From: Solirubrobacterales bacterium | GTDB taxonomy: Bacteria > Actinomycetota > Thermoleophilia > Solirubrobacterales > Thermoleophilaceae | Assembly: GCA_012718975.1 (NCBI GenBank) | Contig: JAAYBF010000185.1 | Location: 66-64,065 of the forward strand | DNA: 64,000 bases | Direction of reading: 5' to 3' | Shown: piece by piece, positions 26,468 through 35,975 of the stretch | How positions within the stretch are numbered: position 1 is the stretch's first letter | Layout: the number at the start of each line of letters is the position of its first letter | Notes under the pieces: model-generated | Databases searched by the model: none | Told to the model about the DNA's origin: nothing | Seen by the model: only the letters and a program-made list of their open reading frames with translations | Program-made: the position numbers and the translations under genes

Positions 26468-26568
26468 CTCGCGCCCCTTTCGTTCGGTGACCTGCGACTC
26501 GCGCGACGCTACCGCAGAGCCCGGATTCGGTCGCCCTTCGTCGCCGTTAGGTCGGCCTTCCCCGCAAG

Positions 26569-26593
26569 GTAGTTGGCCAACCTGGCCAACTAC
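26569..26593 (+). promoter_or_regulatory. Inverted repeat GTAGTTGGCCA-ACC-TGGCCAACTAC upstream of the TA module
   Basis: Perfect 11-bp arms, 17 nt upstream of the antitoxin ATG. This is the usual position for autoregulatory operators of type II TA operons. Confidence 0.5.
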
Positions 26594-26610
26594 GCTGATA
26601 TGCTGTGCCG

Positions 26611-26850
26611 ATGCGCTCTTACAGCATCGGCGAGGCCAAGACGAACCTGTCGCAGCTGATCGCGGCCGCCGAGCGCGGCGAGCCCGTGGAGATCCGGCGC
26701 GGCAGGACACCGGTGGCCAGGCTGGTTCCGGTGGCTCCGGCGAGCAAGCCGGTACGCAAGCCGGGCGCGCTCAAGGGAAAGATCAAGGTCGCCGACGACT
26801 TCGACTCCTGGCCCGACGACATCGCCAAGGCGCTCGGCATCGTCGACTGA
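26611..26850 (+). CDS. Phd/YefM-family type II antitoxin
   Basis: The N-terminus MRSYSIGEAKTNLSQLIAAAERGEPVEIRRGRTPVARLVP is the classic Phd/YefM pattern. A PIN toxin follows 1 nt downstream. Confidence 0.8.
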   Translation: MRSYSIGEAKTNLSQLIAAAERGEPVEIRRGRTPVARLVPVAPASKPVRKPGALKGKIKVADDFDSWPDDIAKALGIVD

Positions 26851-26851
26851 C

Positions 26852-27244
26852 GTGCGGCTGCTCGTCGACACCCACGCGCTGCTCTGGTGGGCGACGGCGG
26901 ACCGACGCCTGTCCAAGCCCGCGCGCGCGGCGATCGCCTCGGCGGGGGAGCCGCTCATCGGAGCAGGCACCATGTTCGAGATGGCCGTCAAGGCCTCGGT
27001 CGGAAAGCTCGAGCTGCCGCCGGACTGGACGGTGGAGCTGCTCGACCGTGAGCGCTTCGCGATCCTCCCGATCCTCCCGCTGCACGCCCACACGCTGGCG
27101 ACGCTCGCCTTCGTCAGCGTGAACGGCAGCGAGCTGCGCGATCCGTTCGACAGGCTGCTGGTCGCCCAGGCCGACGCCGAGGACGTCCCCGTGGTCACGC
27201 GCGACCCGGCGATCGCCGCCCACGGCGTGCCGACGATCTGGTAG
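26852..27244 (+). CDS. vapC: PIN-domain toxin (VapC-like)
   Basis: Starts MRLLVDTHALLWW and contains DPFDRLLVAQA and VVTRD, matching the acidic-residue pattern of PIN domains. GTG start at 26852. Confidence 0.8.
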   Translation: MRLLVDTHALLWWATADRRLSKPARAAIASAGEPLIGAGTMFEMAVKASVGKLELPPDWTVELLDRERFAILPILPLHAHTLATLAFVSVNGSELRDPFDRLLVAQADAEDVPVVTRDPAIAAHGVPTIW

Positions 27245-27249
27245 CGGCC

Positions 27250-28326
27250 TCAGCCGCCGGAGAAGCGGAAGCCGGTGGCCGCGACCGGGAGGTCGATCGG
27301 GCTCTCCGGCAGGCCAGGCGGAACCTCGGGGTTGTTGAACTCGCGCGGGGCGGTGTCGTTGGGGGTGTCGGGGTGCATCAGCGCGGCCAGCAGCTGGATG
27401 TGGTCGCGGCCGACGCCGAGCTCGGTCTGGCCGCCGCCGTAGGCGCCGATGCCCTCCGCCTCGCAGTGGTCGTAGGCGGCGAACAGCCGCTCGAGGGGGC
27501 CGAAGCGCGACGGCTTGACGTTGACCGTGCGCGGCTTGAACGGCAGCGCCTCGATGTCGGCGACCGAGTGGATCGGCGCATCCCAGGTGATCCGGTCGCG
27601 GTGGGGCTCGAGCACCGCCATCGCCTCCGGGCTGTCGAGGTCGGGGTCCTCGAGCCACGCGTCGGGGAACGCCTCGGCGACGCGGCGGTAGAGCTCGGGG
27701 TCGGTCTCCACGTCGACCGGGGTGCCCTTGTAGCGGCCCTTGAGGTCGAGCGAGTCGACGGCGCCGGTGTCGACCAGGGTGGCGATCAGCTCGTCGTCCC
27801 AGCTTGCGGTCGGGTCGAGCTTGAAGCGCGTCGACGGGTACAGCTCGAGCACGCGCAGCAGCCGGTCGGGCCGGTCGGGGCCGTCGCTGCCCATCGGGGC
27901 GAGGCGCATCGAGACCACGTAGTTCAGCGGCCGCGGGGTGCGGCCGAGCACGTCGCCGAGCGACCGGCCGGCCTGGCGCAGCGCGAGGTCGAGCGCCGCC
28001 GACTCGAACGCCCAGCGGCGGTAGTCGCGGTAGTCCTCGCGCTCGGGGGCGCCCGCCTCGAAGAGGTCGAGCCCGTCCAGCAGCGCCGAGAACGAGCCGA
28101 GCGTGTGCTCGCCGGCGAGCGGCTGGACCGGGCCCGCGTCCTGCAGCCGGCCGTGGTCGTCGGGGTCGTAGGTGACGTCCTCGCCGCGGCCCTCCTCGCC
28201 GGCCCCGCGCAGCACGATCTCGGTCGAGCGGCGCTCGAACTCCGGCGAGAGCTGGAGTCGCAGACCCTCCAGCGCGTACTGCTCGATCGTCAGGGGCAGG
28301 TCGCGCAGGAGATCGTAGGTCGCCAT
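27250..28326 (-). CDS. Conserved hypothetical protein (possible TIM-barrel/enolase-superfamily-like fold; function unknown)
   Basis: 358-aa ORF with normal amino-acid composition and clear GC3 bias. I recognise no diagnostic motif. The fold suggestion rests only on spaced acidic residues (SLDLKGRYKG, WLEDPD, ITWDAP). Confidence 0.6.
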   Translation of the reverse strand: MATYDLLRDLPLTIEQYALEGLRLQLSPEFERRSTEIVLRGAGEEGRGEDVTYDPDDHGRLQDAGPVQPLAGEHTLGSFSALLDGLDLFEAGAPEREDYRDYRRWAFESAALDLALRQAGRSLGDVLGRTPRPLNYVVSMRLAPMGSDGPDRPDRLLRVLELYPSTRFKLDPTASWDDELIATLVDTGAVDSLDLKGRYKGTPVDVETDPELYRRVAEAFPDAWLEDPDLDSPEAMAVLEPHRDRITWDAPIHSVADIEALPFKPRTVNVKPSRFGPLERLFAAYDHCEAEGIGAYGGGQTELGVGRDHIQLLAALMHPDTPNDTAPREFNNPEVPPGLPESPIDLPVAATGFRFSGG

Positions 28327-28367
28327 GGCGGCAATCCTATTCGCGGCGTCCAGCCGGACCGGGCGGC

Positions 28368-28787
28368 TCAGCGGGCGGGGACGGCGAGCACGGGCAGCTC
28401 GGCGAGGTGGAGCAGCTTGTGCGGGACCGAGCCGAGGATGGCGCCCTTGATCGGGCTGTCGCCGTAGCTGCCGACCACGATCATCCTGGCGTCGCGCTCG
28501 GCGGCGAGCTCGAGCAGGGCGTCGACCGGGCGGGCGTCGACGAGCGCGAGCTCGGCCGCGACCCCGGCCGCGGTGGCGCGCGCGAGGGCGTGGTCGACGA
28601 ACCGCTGGCCGACCTCGCGGACGGCGTCGCGCGCCGCGACGACCTCCTCGCCCATCCCGCCCGGCGGCTCGTAGCCGAAGGCGATCACGAGCCGGTCGCC
28701 GAGCTCGGCCGCCAGCTCGATCGCGGCGTCGAGCGCGGCGCGCGCGCCGGCCGAGTCGTCGTAGCCGACTATGAGGTCACGGGGCAC
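28368..28787 (-). CDS. Universal stress protein (UspA family)
   Basis: Contains IVGYDDS, MIVVGSYG and GSVPHKLLHLAELPVLAV. The GTG start has GGAGGAG upstream and overlaps the permease 3' end by 11 nt. Confidence 0.85.
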   Translation of the reverse strand: MPRDLIVGYDDSAGARAALDAAIELAAELGDRLVIAFGYEPPGGMGEEVVAARDAVREVGQRFVDHALARATAAGVAAELALVDARPVDALLELAAERDARMIVVGSYGDSPIKGAILGSVPHKLLHLAELPVLAVPAR

Positions 28788-30306
28788 CGGCTGTCTCCTC
28801 CACGGCGACCTTACCCGCGGCGACCTCCGGCGGCACGCGCTCGAACCCGCTGCGGCCGAAGAAGCGCTCGTGCCCGCCCGCGCGCCAGGCCAGCATCAGC
28901 ACCAGGCCGATCGCCAGGAAGCCGAGGCCGACGACGGTCGGCAGCCCGACGCCGAGGATCTGCGACTGGGTGTAGGAGGCCTCGGGGTCGGCGAAGTCGA
29001 TCGTCGCCTTGACGAACAGGTACCCGAGCGTGACCGCCCCGATCAGCGGCGCCACCCCGATGAAGAGGAAGTTCGTCACCGAGCGGCGCAGCTCGCGGCG
29101 GTAGTAGATGACGCACGCCACCCCGCTGAGCGCGTAGTAGAAGGCGATCATCAGCGCCAGCGCGGTCAGCGTGTCGAAGAGGAAGTTCTCGCTGAACGCG
29201 CTCACCCCGACGTACCAGACGGTCGCCACGATCCCGATGACGACCGTCGAGACGTGCGGGGTGTAGAACCGCTCGTGGACGCGGCCGAGCGCGGCGGGCA
29301 TCGCGTCGGCGCGCGCCATCGACAGCGTGGTCCGCGACGCCGGCAGGATCGTCGTCTGGGTCGAGGCGAGCGCCGAGGTGAGGATCGCCAGCACGACCAG
29401 CTTGTCCAGCGGCGAGCCGAGCACCGAGGAGGCGAGCGTCGAGAAGATCCCCTCGTCGTCGGCGAACTCCTCGAGCAGGCCGGGCCCGGCGTAGGCGATC
29501 ACCGCGACGGTCACGAGGATGTAGGTGCCGAGCAGGATCACCGTGCTCGACACGCCGGCCACCCCCGGCGCCGACACCGAGTCCTCGGTCTCCTCGGTGA
29601 GGTTGACCGCCGACTCCCAGCCCCAGTAGATGAAGACCCCGGTCAGCATCCCCGCGACCAGGATCGACAGCGTCGGCACCTCGAAGGGGTTCAGCCACGA
29701 CAGCGACGGGTCGACCGACGTCGGGTCCGCGTCGCCGGCGAAGACCTTCACGAGCGCCACGACGGCGAAGAGCAGCAGCCCGAGCACCTGGCCGAAGATC
29801 AGGATCCGCTGCAGCCGCGCCGAGGCCTCGGTGCCGATCACGCAGATCCAGGTCATCACCGCGATCAGCACGACCGCGAAGGCGATCACCGCCCACTTGT
29901 CGCCCGCGAGCCCATCGAGCCCGAAGAACAGGAACGTGTAGCGGGCGGCGACGTCGGCGAGCGAGCCGATCACCAGCACGCCGGTCATCGTGATCGCCCA
30001 GCCGCCCATCCAGCCCATGTAGGGGCCCATCGCGCGCGTCACCCAGGAGAAGGTGGTGCCGCAGTCCTGGTCGGCGCGGTTCATGTAGTAGAAGGCCGCC
30101 GCGATGAAGAACATCGGGACGAACGAGGCGATCAGCACCGCCGGCGCCTGGACGCCCGCCTCGACGACGATCAGCCCGATCACCGCCGCCAGCGAATAGG
30201 CCGGCGCCGTCGAGGCGAGGCCGATCACCAGCGCGTCGGTGAATCCGATGGCGTCCTTCTTCAGACCCTTGTCGCCGGTCTGCGCCACCGTCGCATCCGT
30301 CGCCAT
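28777..30306 (-). CDS. APC-superfamily amino acid/polyamine permease
   Basis: 509 aa with about 12 predicted TM helices and an N-terminus ALVIGLASTAPAYSLAAVIG typical of APC transporters. Confidence 0.85.
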   Translation of the reverse strand: MATDATVAQTGDKGLKKDAIGFTDALVIGLASTAPAYSLAAVIGLIVVEAGVQAPAVLIASFVPMFFIAAAFYYMNRADQDCGTTFSWVTRAMGPYMGWMGGWAITMTGVLVIGSLADVAARYTFLFFGLDGLAGDKWAVIAFAVVLIAVMTWICVIGTEASARLQRILIFGQVLGLLLFAVVALVKVFAGDADPTSVDPSLSWLNPFEVPTLSILVAGMLTGVFIYWGWESAVNLTEETEDSVSAPGVAGVSSTVILLGTYILVTVAVIAYAGPGLLEEFADDEGIFSTLASSVLGSPLDKLVVLAILTSALASTQTTILPASRTTLSMARADAMPAALGRVHERFYTPHVSTVVIGIVATVWYVGVSAFSENFLFDTLTALALMIAFYYALSGVACVIYYRRELRRSVTNFLFIGVAPLIGAVTLGYLFVKATIDFADPEASYTQSQILGVGLPTVVGLGFLAIGLVLMLAWRAGGHERFFGRSGFERVPPEVAAGKVAVEETAGAP

Positions 30307-30309
30307 CGA

Positions 30310-31155
30310 CTACGCCTCCTGGTAGAGGGCAGGCTCTCGCTCTGGCCTGACAGCGGCGATCATCTCACCGCGGCGCTGCTGGAGCAAGACCGCCGCGATC
30401 CCGGCGACCGCGGCGGCGAACAGCAGCGTCGCCAGCACGTTGACCTGGACCGGGATCCCGCGCAGGCTCACACCGAAGATGTAGAGCGGGAACGTCTCGG
30501 TCGTGCCGGAGTTGAAGTTCGAGATCACGAAGTCGTCGATCGACAGCGCGAAGGCGAGCAGCGCCGCCGCGACGACCGCCGGCGCGATCAGCGGCAGCGT
30601 GATCGTGCGGAACGCCGTCAGCGGGCGGGCGCCGAGATCGGCGGCGGCCTCCTCGAGGCTGCGGTCGAAGCCGATCAGGCGCGATCTGACGACGATCACG
30701 ACGAAGCTGATCGAGAACATCACGTGGGCGATGAACAGCGTCGTGAACCCGAGCGCGATGCCGTAGATCAGGAACATCGACAGCAGCGCCGCGCCGATCA
30801 CGATCTCCGGCGTCGCCATCGGCAACACGATCAGCAGGTTCGAGACGGCGCGGCCGCGGAAGCGGTGGCGGACCAGCGCGAGCGCCATCATCGTGCCGAT
30901 CGCCGTCGAGACCACGGTCGACACCGCGGCCAGCTGGAGGCTGGTCAGCAGCGCCTCGTTGACCGCCGGCTCGCCGAAGGCGTCGCGCCAGTACTCGAGC
31001 GTGAAGCCGCTCCAGTCGTAGTCGAGCTTGCCGCGGGTCGTCTGGTCGAAGGAGAACAGCGCGATCACCGCGATCGGCGCCAGCATGTAGGCGACCGCGA
31101 GTCCGGCGTAGATCATCAGCGCGTTGTGGCGCAGCCAGCGCCACGCGGCGGTCAC
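30310..31155 (-). CDS. ABC transporter permease (PotC/PotI-like)
   Basis: GTG at 31155 (GTGA overlap). It carries the EAA-type loop SLEEAAADLGARPLTAFRTITLPL. Confidence 0.85.
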   Translation of the reverse strand: MTAAWRWLRHNALMIYAGLAVAYMLAPIAVIALFSFDQTTRGKLDYDWSGFTLEYWRDAFGEPAVNEALLTSLQLAAVSTVVSTAIGTMMALALVRHRFRGRAVSNLLIVLPMATPEIVIGAALLSMFLIYGIALGFTTLFIAHVMFSISFVVIVVRSRLIGFDRSLEEAAADLGARPLTAFRTITLPLIAPAVVAAALLAFALSIDDFVISNFNSGTTETFPLYIFGVSLRGIPVQVNVLATLLFAAAVAGIAAVLLQQRRGEMIAAVRPEREPALYQEA

Positions 31156-32030
31156 GCGCGCGCCTCCTCGTCCTCGTCGCCCATGAACGCGCCGGTGCCG
31201 GCCAGCCGCAGATAGACCACGACGACCACGAGGATGGCGGCCATCATCAGGAACGAGAGCGCCGCCGCCTCCGGGTAGTCGCGCTGCTGGAGGTACAGCG
31301 ACTGGATCACGTTGCCGACCATCGCCTGGCCGGCGCCGCCGAGCAGCAGCGCGTTGACGTAGTCGCCGACCGCCGGGATGAAGGTGAGCAGCACGCCCGC
31401 GACGACCCCCGGCGCGCTGATCGGCAACGTCACCCGCCAGAACGCCTTCGCCGACGACGCGTAGAGGTCCTTCGCCGCCTCGATCAGCCGCACGTCCATC
31501 CGCTCCAGCGACGCGTAGATCGGCAGGATCATGAACGGCAGGAAGTTGTAGGTGAGGCCGGCGACGACGGCGCCGCCGGTGGCGAGCACCCGCCCGTCGG
31601 GCGGCACGACCTGGAGGAACTGGAGGATGTCGACCGCCGGGCTCGAGTCGGCGAGGATCGTCTTCCAGGCGATCGTGCGGATCAGGTAGGTGGTGAAGAA
31701 CGGCGCCACCACCGCGAAGAGCAGCAGCAGCTTCCAGCGGCCGGCGCGCAGCGCGATCGCGTAGGCGAGCGGGTAGGCGATCGCGAGCGCGAGCACCGTC
31801 GCCGCGCCCGCGTAGAGGAACGAGCGCAGCACCTGGGTCTCGTAGCCGGTGACCGCGTCGGCGAAGTTCGACCACTGCCAGGTCATCGCGAAGCCGCCGC
31901 TCTCCAGCGAGCCGGAGCGCAGCGCCATCTCGCCCATGAAGTACATCGGCACGACGAAGAACAGCGCCAGCCAGATCGCGCCCGGGCCGAGCAGCCCGTA
32001 CGGCGCGATCCGGCGGCGCCATCCGCCCAT
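31152..32030 (-). CDS. ABC transporter permease (PotB/PotH-like)
   Basis: 292 aa with the EAA loop LIEAAKDLYASSAKAFWRVTLP. Confidence 0.85.
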   Translation of the reverse strand: MGGWRRRIAPYGLLGPGAIWLALFFVVPMYFMGEMALRSGSLESGGFAMTWQWSNFADAVTGYETQVLRSFLYAGAATVLALAIAYPLAYAIALRAGRWKLLLLFAVVAPFFTTYLIRTIAWKTILADSSPAVDILQFLQVVPPDGRVLATGGAVVAGLTYNFLPFMILPIYASLERMDVRLIEAAKDLYASSAKAFWRVTLPISAPGVVAGVLLTFIPAVGDYVNALLLGGAGQAMVGNVIQSLYLQQRDYPEAAALSFLMMAAILVVVVVYLRLAGTGAFMGDEDEEARA

Positions 32031-32031
32031 C

Positions 32032-33198
32032 TCAGCCGCCCCGGACCAGGTCCTGGAAGGCCTCCACGACCTCGTCGCGGTCGGCGGCGGAGCCCGGCGG
32101 CTCGGGCTGGGTCGAGCAGTCCGCGGTGAACTGCTCGGTCGGGAAGATCAGCGGGTTCTCCGCCAGCTTCGTCTGGCCGCGGTCGACGAACACCTGCTTG
32201 ACGCCCTCCACCGGGGTGACGTACTGGACGTACTCGGCGATGTCGGCCTGGACCTCGGGCTGGTAGACGAAGTCCATCCAGGCGAGCGCCGCCGCGGTGT
32301 TCGGCGCGCCCTTGGGGATCACCATGTTGTCCGACCAGAGGATGCAGCCCTGGGTCGGCATCCGCCACTCGACGTCGGGGTTCTCGATCAGCGACGTGTC
32401 GCCCGACCAGCCGATCGCCGCGACGACGTTCTCGTTGGCCATGTCCTGGGTGTAGTCGTTGCCGGTGATCCGCCGGATCTGGCCGGACTCGACCGCCCCG
32501 CGCAGCTTGTCGATGGCGTCGAGCCACTGCTGCTTGGTCGCGTCGTTGGGATCGACGCCGTCGGCCTTCATCACCAGCGGCACGGTGTCGCGCATCTCCG
32601 AGAGGACCGTGACCTTGCCCTTGTAGCGCGGGTCGAAGAGATCGTTGACCGAGCGGACGTCGGGCGCGAGCTCGGCGTTGACCATCAGCCCGGTCATCCC
32701 GCTCTGCCACGGCACCGAGAAGTCACGGCCCGGGTCGAACGCGGGGTCGCGCAGGCTCGGCAGCATGTTCTCGAAGACCGTCGGCACGGTCGAGTGGTCG
32801 ATCTGCTGGAGGTAGCCGAGGTCGTACATCTGCTTGGCCATCCAGTCGGTGACCACGAAGATGCTGCGCCCGCCGGACCTGCCGTCCTGGAGCTGGGGCT
32901 GCAGCTTGCCGAAGAAGTCGGCGTTGTCGTTGACGTCCTCGACGTAGTCGACCTTCACGCCGGTCTCGTCCTCGAACTCGGCGACGGTGTTGGAGTCCCC
33001 GACGTCGATGTAGCCGGGCCAGGTCGAGATCGTCAGCTCCCCCTCGACGTCGCCCGCGGCCGCGACCTCGGTCGAGGTGTCGGCGCCGCCGCCGACGTTG
33101 TCGTCGCCGCAGGCGGCGAGCGCGAGCGCCGCGACCAGCGCGGCGACGATGACGAGGAGCGGCGCGCGCAGGCGCGCGCCCCATGCGGGGGTGCTCAT
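32032..33198 (-). CDS. Spermidine/putrescine-type ABC substrate-binding lipoprotein (PotD/PotF-like)
   Basis: Lipobox LALAAC and a PBP2 body (ISTWPGYID..., LWSDNMVIPKGAPN). Confidence 0.8.
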   Translation of the reverse strand: MSTPAWGARLRAPLLVIVAALVAALALAACGDDNVGGGADTSTEVAAAGDVEGELTISTWPGYIDVGDSNTVAEFEDETGVKVDYVEDVNDNADFFGKLQPQLQDGRSGGRSIFVVTDWMAKQMYDLGYLQQIDHSTVPTVFENMLPSLRDPAFDPGRDFSVPWQSGMTGLMVNAELAPDVRSVNDLFDPRYKGKVTVLSEMRDTVPLVMKADGVDPNDATKQQWLDAIDKLRGAVESGQIRRITGNDYTQDMANENVVAAIGWSGDTSLIENPDVEWRMPTQGCILWSDNMVIPKGAPNTAAALAWMDFVYQPEVQADIAEYVQYVTPVEGVKQVFVDRGQTKLAENPLIFPTEQFTADCSTQPEPPGSAADRDEVVEAFQDLVRGG

Positions 33199-34376
33199 GG
33201 CGTACCTCCGGTTGCTGTAGACAGCGTCTGTCCGCCCCCCGCCTCCGACTCGGTGGCCGCCGCGGCCACCGGCCCCGACTCGCGCACCACGTGTACGTGC
33301 TCGGGCGCCCAGCCGACCCGCACCGGCACACCGCCGCCCGGCAGCCGGCGCCGCTGGGCCTCGTCGGCGTTGGGCACGAGCACGGTGAGCGCCACTCCGG
33401 GCCCGACCCGCACCACGATCTGGGTCGACGTGCCGAGGTAGACCGAGCTCTCCACGACGCCGTCGACCCCGGGCCGACCGAACGGCGCGGCGTCGGCGTC
33501 GGCGTCGGCGTCGATCGTCAGCTTCTCCGGGCGGACGACCGCATGGCAGCGGTCGCCGGCGGCGAGCGGCGACGGCACGGCGACCTCCAGCGCGGGGCCG
33601 GCGTCGAGCCGCACCCGGCCGTTCGCGCCGTCCGCCTCGACGACCGCGGGCATCAGGTTCGAGACGCCGATGAAGCCCGCGACGAAGGCCGTCGCCGGAC
33701 GCTCGTAGACCACCTCGGGCGCCGCGACCTGCTCGACCGCACCGCGGTCCATCACCGCGATCCGGTCCGACATCGTCAGCGCCTCCTCCTGGTCGTGGGT
33801 GACGTAGACGAAGGTGATGCCGACGTCGCGCTGGATCGCCTTGAGCTCGACCTGGAGGCGCTTGCGCAGCTTGAGGTCGAGCGCGCCGAGCGGCTCGTCG
33901 AGCAGCAGCACGGCCGGCCGGTTGACGAGCGCACGCGCGAGCGCGACGCGCTGCTGCTGGCCGCCGGAGAGCTGGCGCGGCTTGCGGCCCGCCTCGGCGG
34001 AGAGGCCGACGCGCTCGAGCTCCTCACCGACACGGCGACGGGTCTCGGCCCGGCCGACGCCGCTGCGCTCCAGGCCGAAGGCGACGTTGCGCGCGACGGT
34101 GAGGTGCGGGAAGAGGGCGTAGCTCTGGAAGACGGTGTTGGTCGGACGGCGGTGCGGCGGCAGGCCGGAGACGTCGGCGCCGTCGATCAGCACCCGTCCC
34201 GAGGTCGGCTGCTCGAAGCCGGCGACCATCCGCAGCGTCGTCGTCTTGCCGCAGCCGCTGGGGCCGAGCAGCGTGAAGAACTCGCCACCCTCGATCTCGA
34301 GGTCCACGCCGGCTACGGCGGTCAACTCGCCGAAGCGCTTGACGACCGACTCCAGCTGAACTCCCCCGAGGCTCAT
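33195..34376 (-). CDS. ABC transporter ATP-binding protein (PotA-like)
   Basis: Walker [10 protein letters not shown], signature [15 protein letters not shown], Walker B LLLDEP and a C-terminal TOBE-like domain. Confidence 0.9.
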   Translation of the reverse strand: MSLGGVQLESVVKRFGELTAVAGVDLEIEGGEFFTLLGPSGCGKTTTLRMVAGFEQPTSGRVLIDGADVSGLPPHRRPTNTVFQSYALFPHLTVARNVAFGLERSGVGRAETRRRVGEELERVGLSAEAGRKPRQLSGGQQQRVALARALVNRPAVLLLDEPLGALDLKLRKRLQVELKAIQRDVGITFVYVTHDQEEALTMSDRIAVMDRGAVEQVAAPEVVYERPATAFVAGFIGVSNLMPAVVEADGANGRVRLDAGPALEVAVPSPLAAGDRCHAVVRPEKLTIDADADADAAPFGRPGVDGVVESSVYLGTSTQIVVRVGPGVALTVLVPNADEAQRRRLPGGGVPVRVGWAPEHVHVVRESGPVAAAATESEAGGGQTLSTATGGTP

Positions 34377-34553
34377 CCCGCTCCCACGTTATGTCCATCG
34401 CGGAGCCGTGACAATCCGCAATAGGCCGAAATAGGGACTTCGTCGTTCACCCATCTGTACAACAGGGTACGCCGCCCGTTTCACGCCGAGCCGGTTGTCA
34501 GGCGGGCTGCGGCGCAGTACCGTTGTCCACGCCGTCTAGGACGAGGGAGACAA

Positions 34554-35957
34554 TTGGCGACCACACCGCAAGAGGCGATCGACGGGCAGGGCACGGGCGC
34601 GGGCGGCGCGCTGCAGGAGGCCGCCAAGCGGCACCTGTGGATGCACTTCACGCGGATGAGCAGCTATCGCGACGCCGAGGTGCCGATCATCGTCCGCGGC
34701 GACGGCTGCTACGTCTACGACGAGGCCGGCAAGCGCTACCTCGACGGCCTCTCCGCGCTCTTCTGCGTCAACGCCGGCCACGGCCGCACCGAGATCGGCG
34801 AGGCGATGGCCGCCCAGGTCTCCGAGCTCGGCTTCTACACCAACTGGAGCTACGCCCACCCGCGCGCGATCGAGCTCGCCGAGCGGATCGCCGGCTACGC
34901 CCCCGGCGATCTCGAGCGCGTGTTCTTCACCTCCGGCGGCAGCGAGTCGGTCGAGTCGGCGCTCAAGCTCTGCCGGATCTACCACCGCCACAACGGCGAG
35001 GGCGGCCGCTACAAGGTGATCGCCCGCGAGATCGCCTACCACGGCACCACGATGGGCGCGCTGACCGCGACCGGCATCCCCGACCTGCGCGCCCCGTTCG
35101 AGCCGCTGAACCCCGGCGGGCGCCACGCCCCCAACACCAACAGCTACCGCTGGCCGGCCGACCGCGACCCGCTCTGGGCCGCCGACCAGATCGAGGAGCG
35201 GATCCTCTTCGAGGGGCCCGAGACCGTCTCGGCGGTGATCCTCGAGCCGGTCCAGAACGCCGGCGGCTGCTTCACCCCCCAGGACGGCTACTGGCAGCGC
35301 GTGCGCGAGATCTGCGACCGCTACGGCGTGCTGCTGATCTCCGACGAGGTGATCTGCTCGTGGGGCCGGCTCGGCCACTGGTTCGGCTGCGAGCGCTACG
35401 GCTACCAGCCCGACATCGTCACCACCGCCAAGGGCCTCACGTCGGCCTACTCGCCGATGGGCGCGGTGATCGCCTCCGCGAAGGTCGCCGCGCCGTTCCT
35501 CGAGGGCACCAGCATGTTCACCCACGGCTTCACCTTCGGCGGCCACCCGGTGTCGGCGGCCGCCGCGCTGGCGAACCTCGACATCTTCGAGCGTGAGGAC
35601 CTCTGCGGCCACGTGCGCGCCAAGGAGGGCGAGCTCCGCCAGACGCTCGAGGACCTGCGCGACATCCCGATCGTCGGCGACGTGCGCGGCGCCGGCTTCT
35701 TCCACGCGATCGAGCTCGTCAAGGACCGCGACACCAAGGAGACCTTCGACGACGACGAGTCGGAGTGGCTGCTGCGCGGGTTCCTCTCCGGCGCGCTCTA
35801 CGAGAACGGGCTGATCTGCCGCGCCGACGACCGCGGCGACCCGGTGATCCAGCTCTCGCCGCCACTGATCGCCGACAGCGAGCAGTTCGCCGAGATCGGC
35901 GCGACGCTGCGCAAGGTGCTGACCGAGGCGGCCGACCGCGTCGCGGCGGAGCGCTAG
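34554..35957 (+). CDS. Class III PLP-dependent aminotransferase (omega-amine/putrescine:pyruvate or GABA-type)
   Basis: Contains FTSGGSESVESALK, ISDEVICSWGRLGHWF and TTAKGLTS (PLP lysine). An apparent TTG start is preceded by GAGGGAG. Confidence 0.85.
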   Translation: MATTPQEAIDGQGTGAGGALQEAAKRHLWMHFTRMSSYRDAEVPIIVRGDGCYVYDEAGKRYLDGLSALFCVNAGHGRTEIGEAMAAQVSELGFYTNWSYAHPRAIELAERIAGYAPGDLERVFFTSGGSESVESALKLCRIYHRHNGEGGRYKVIAREIAYHGTTMGALTATGIPDLRAPFEPLNPGGRHAPNTNSYRWPADRDPLWAADQIEERILFEGPETVSAVILEPVQNAGGCFTPQDGYWQRVREICDRYGVLLISDEVICSWGRLGHWFGCERYGYQPDIVTTAKGLTSAYSPMGAVIASAKVAAPFLEGTSMFTHGFTFGGHPVSAAAALANLDIFEREDLCGHVRAKEGELRQTLEDLRDIPIVGDVRGAGFFHAIELVKDRDTKETFDDDESEWLLRGFLSGALYENGLICRADDRGDPVIQLSPPLIADSEQFAEIGATLRKVLTEAADRVAAER

Positions 35958-35975
35958 GGGGATGCGGGCGCGCAG

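Noticed and set aside
26547-26561. TTAGGTCGGCCTTCC upstream of ferritin, considered as an IdeR/DtxR iron box.
   Set aside because: Only about 11 of 19 positions match the TTAGGTTAGGCTAACCTAA consensus as I remember it, and the right half is not palindromic. This is too weak to call.
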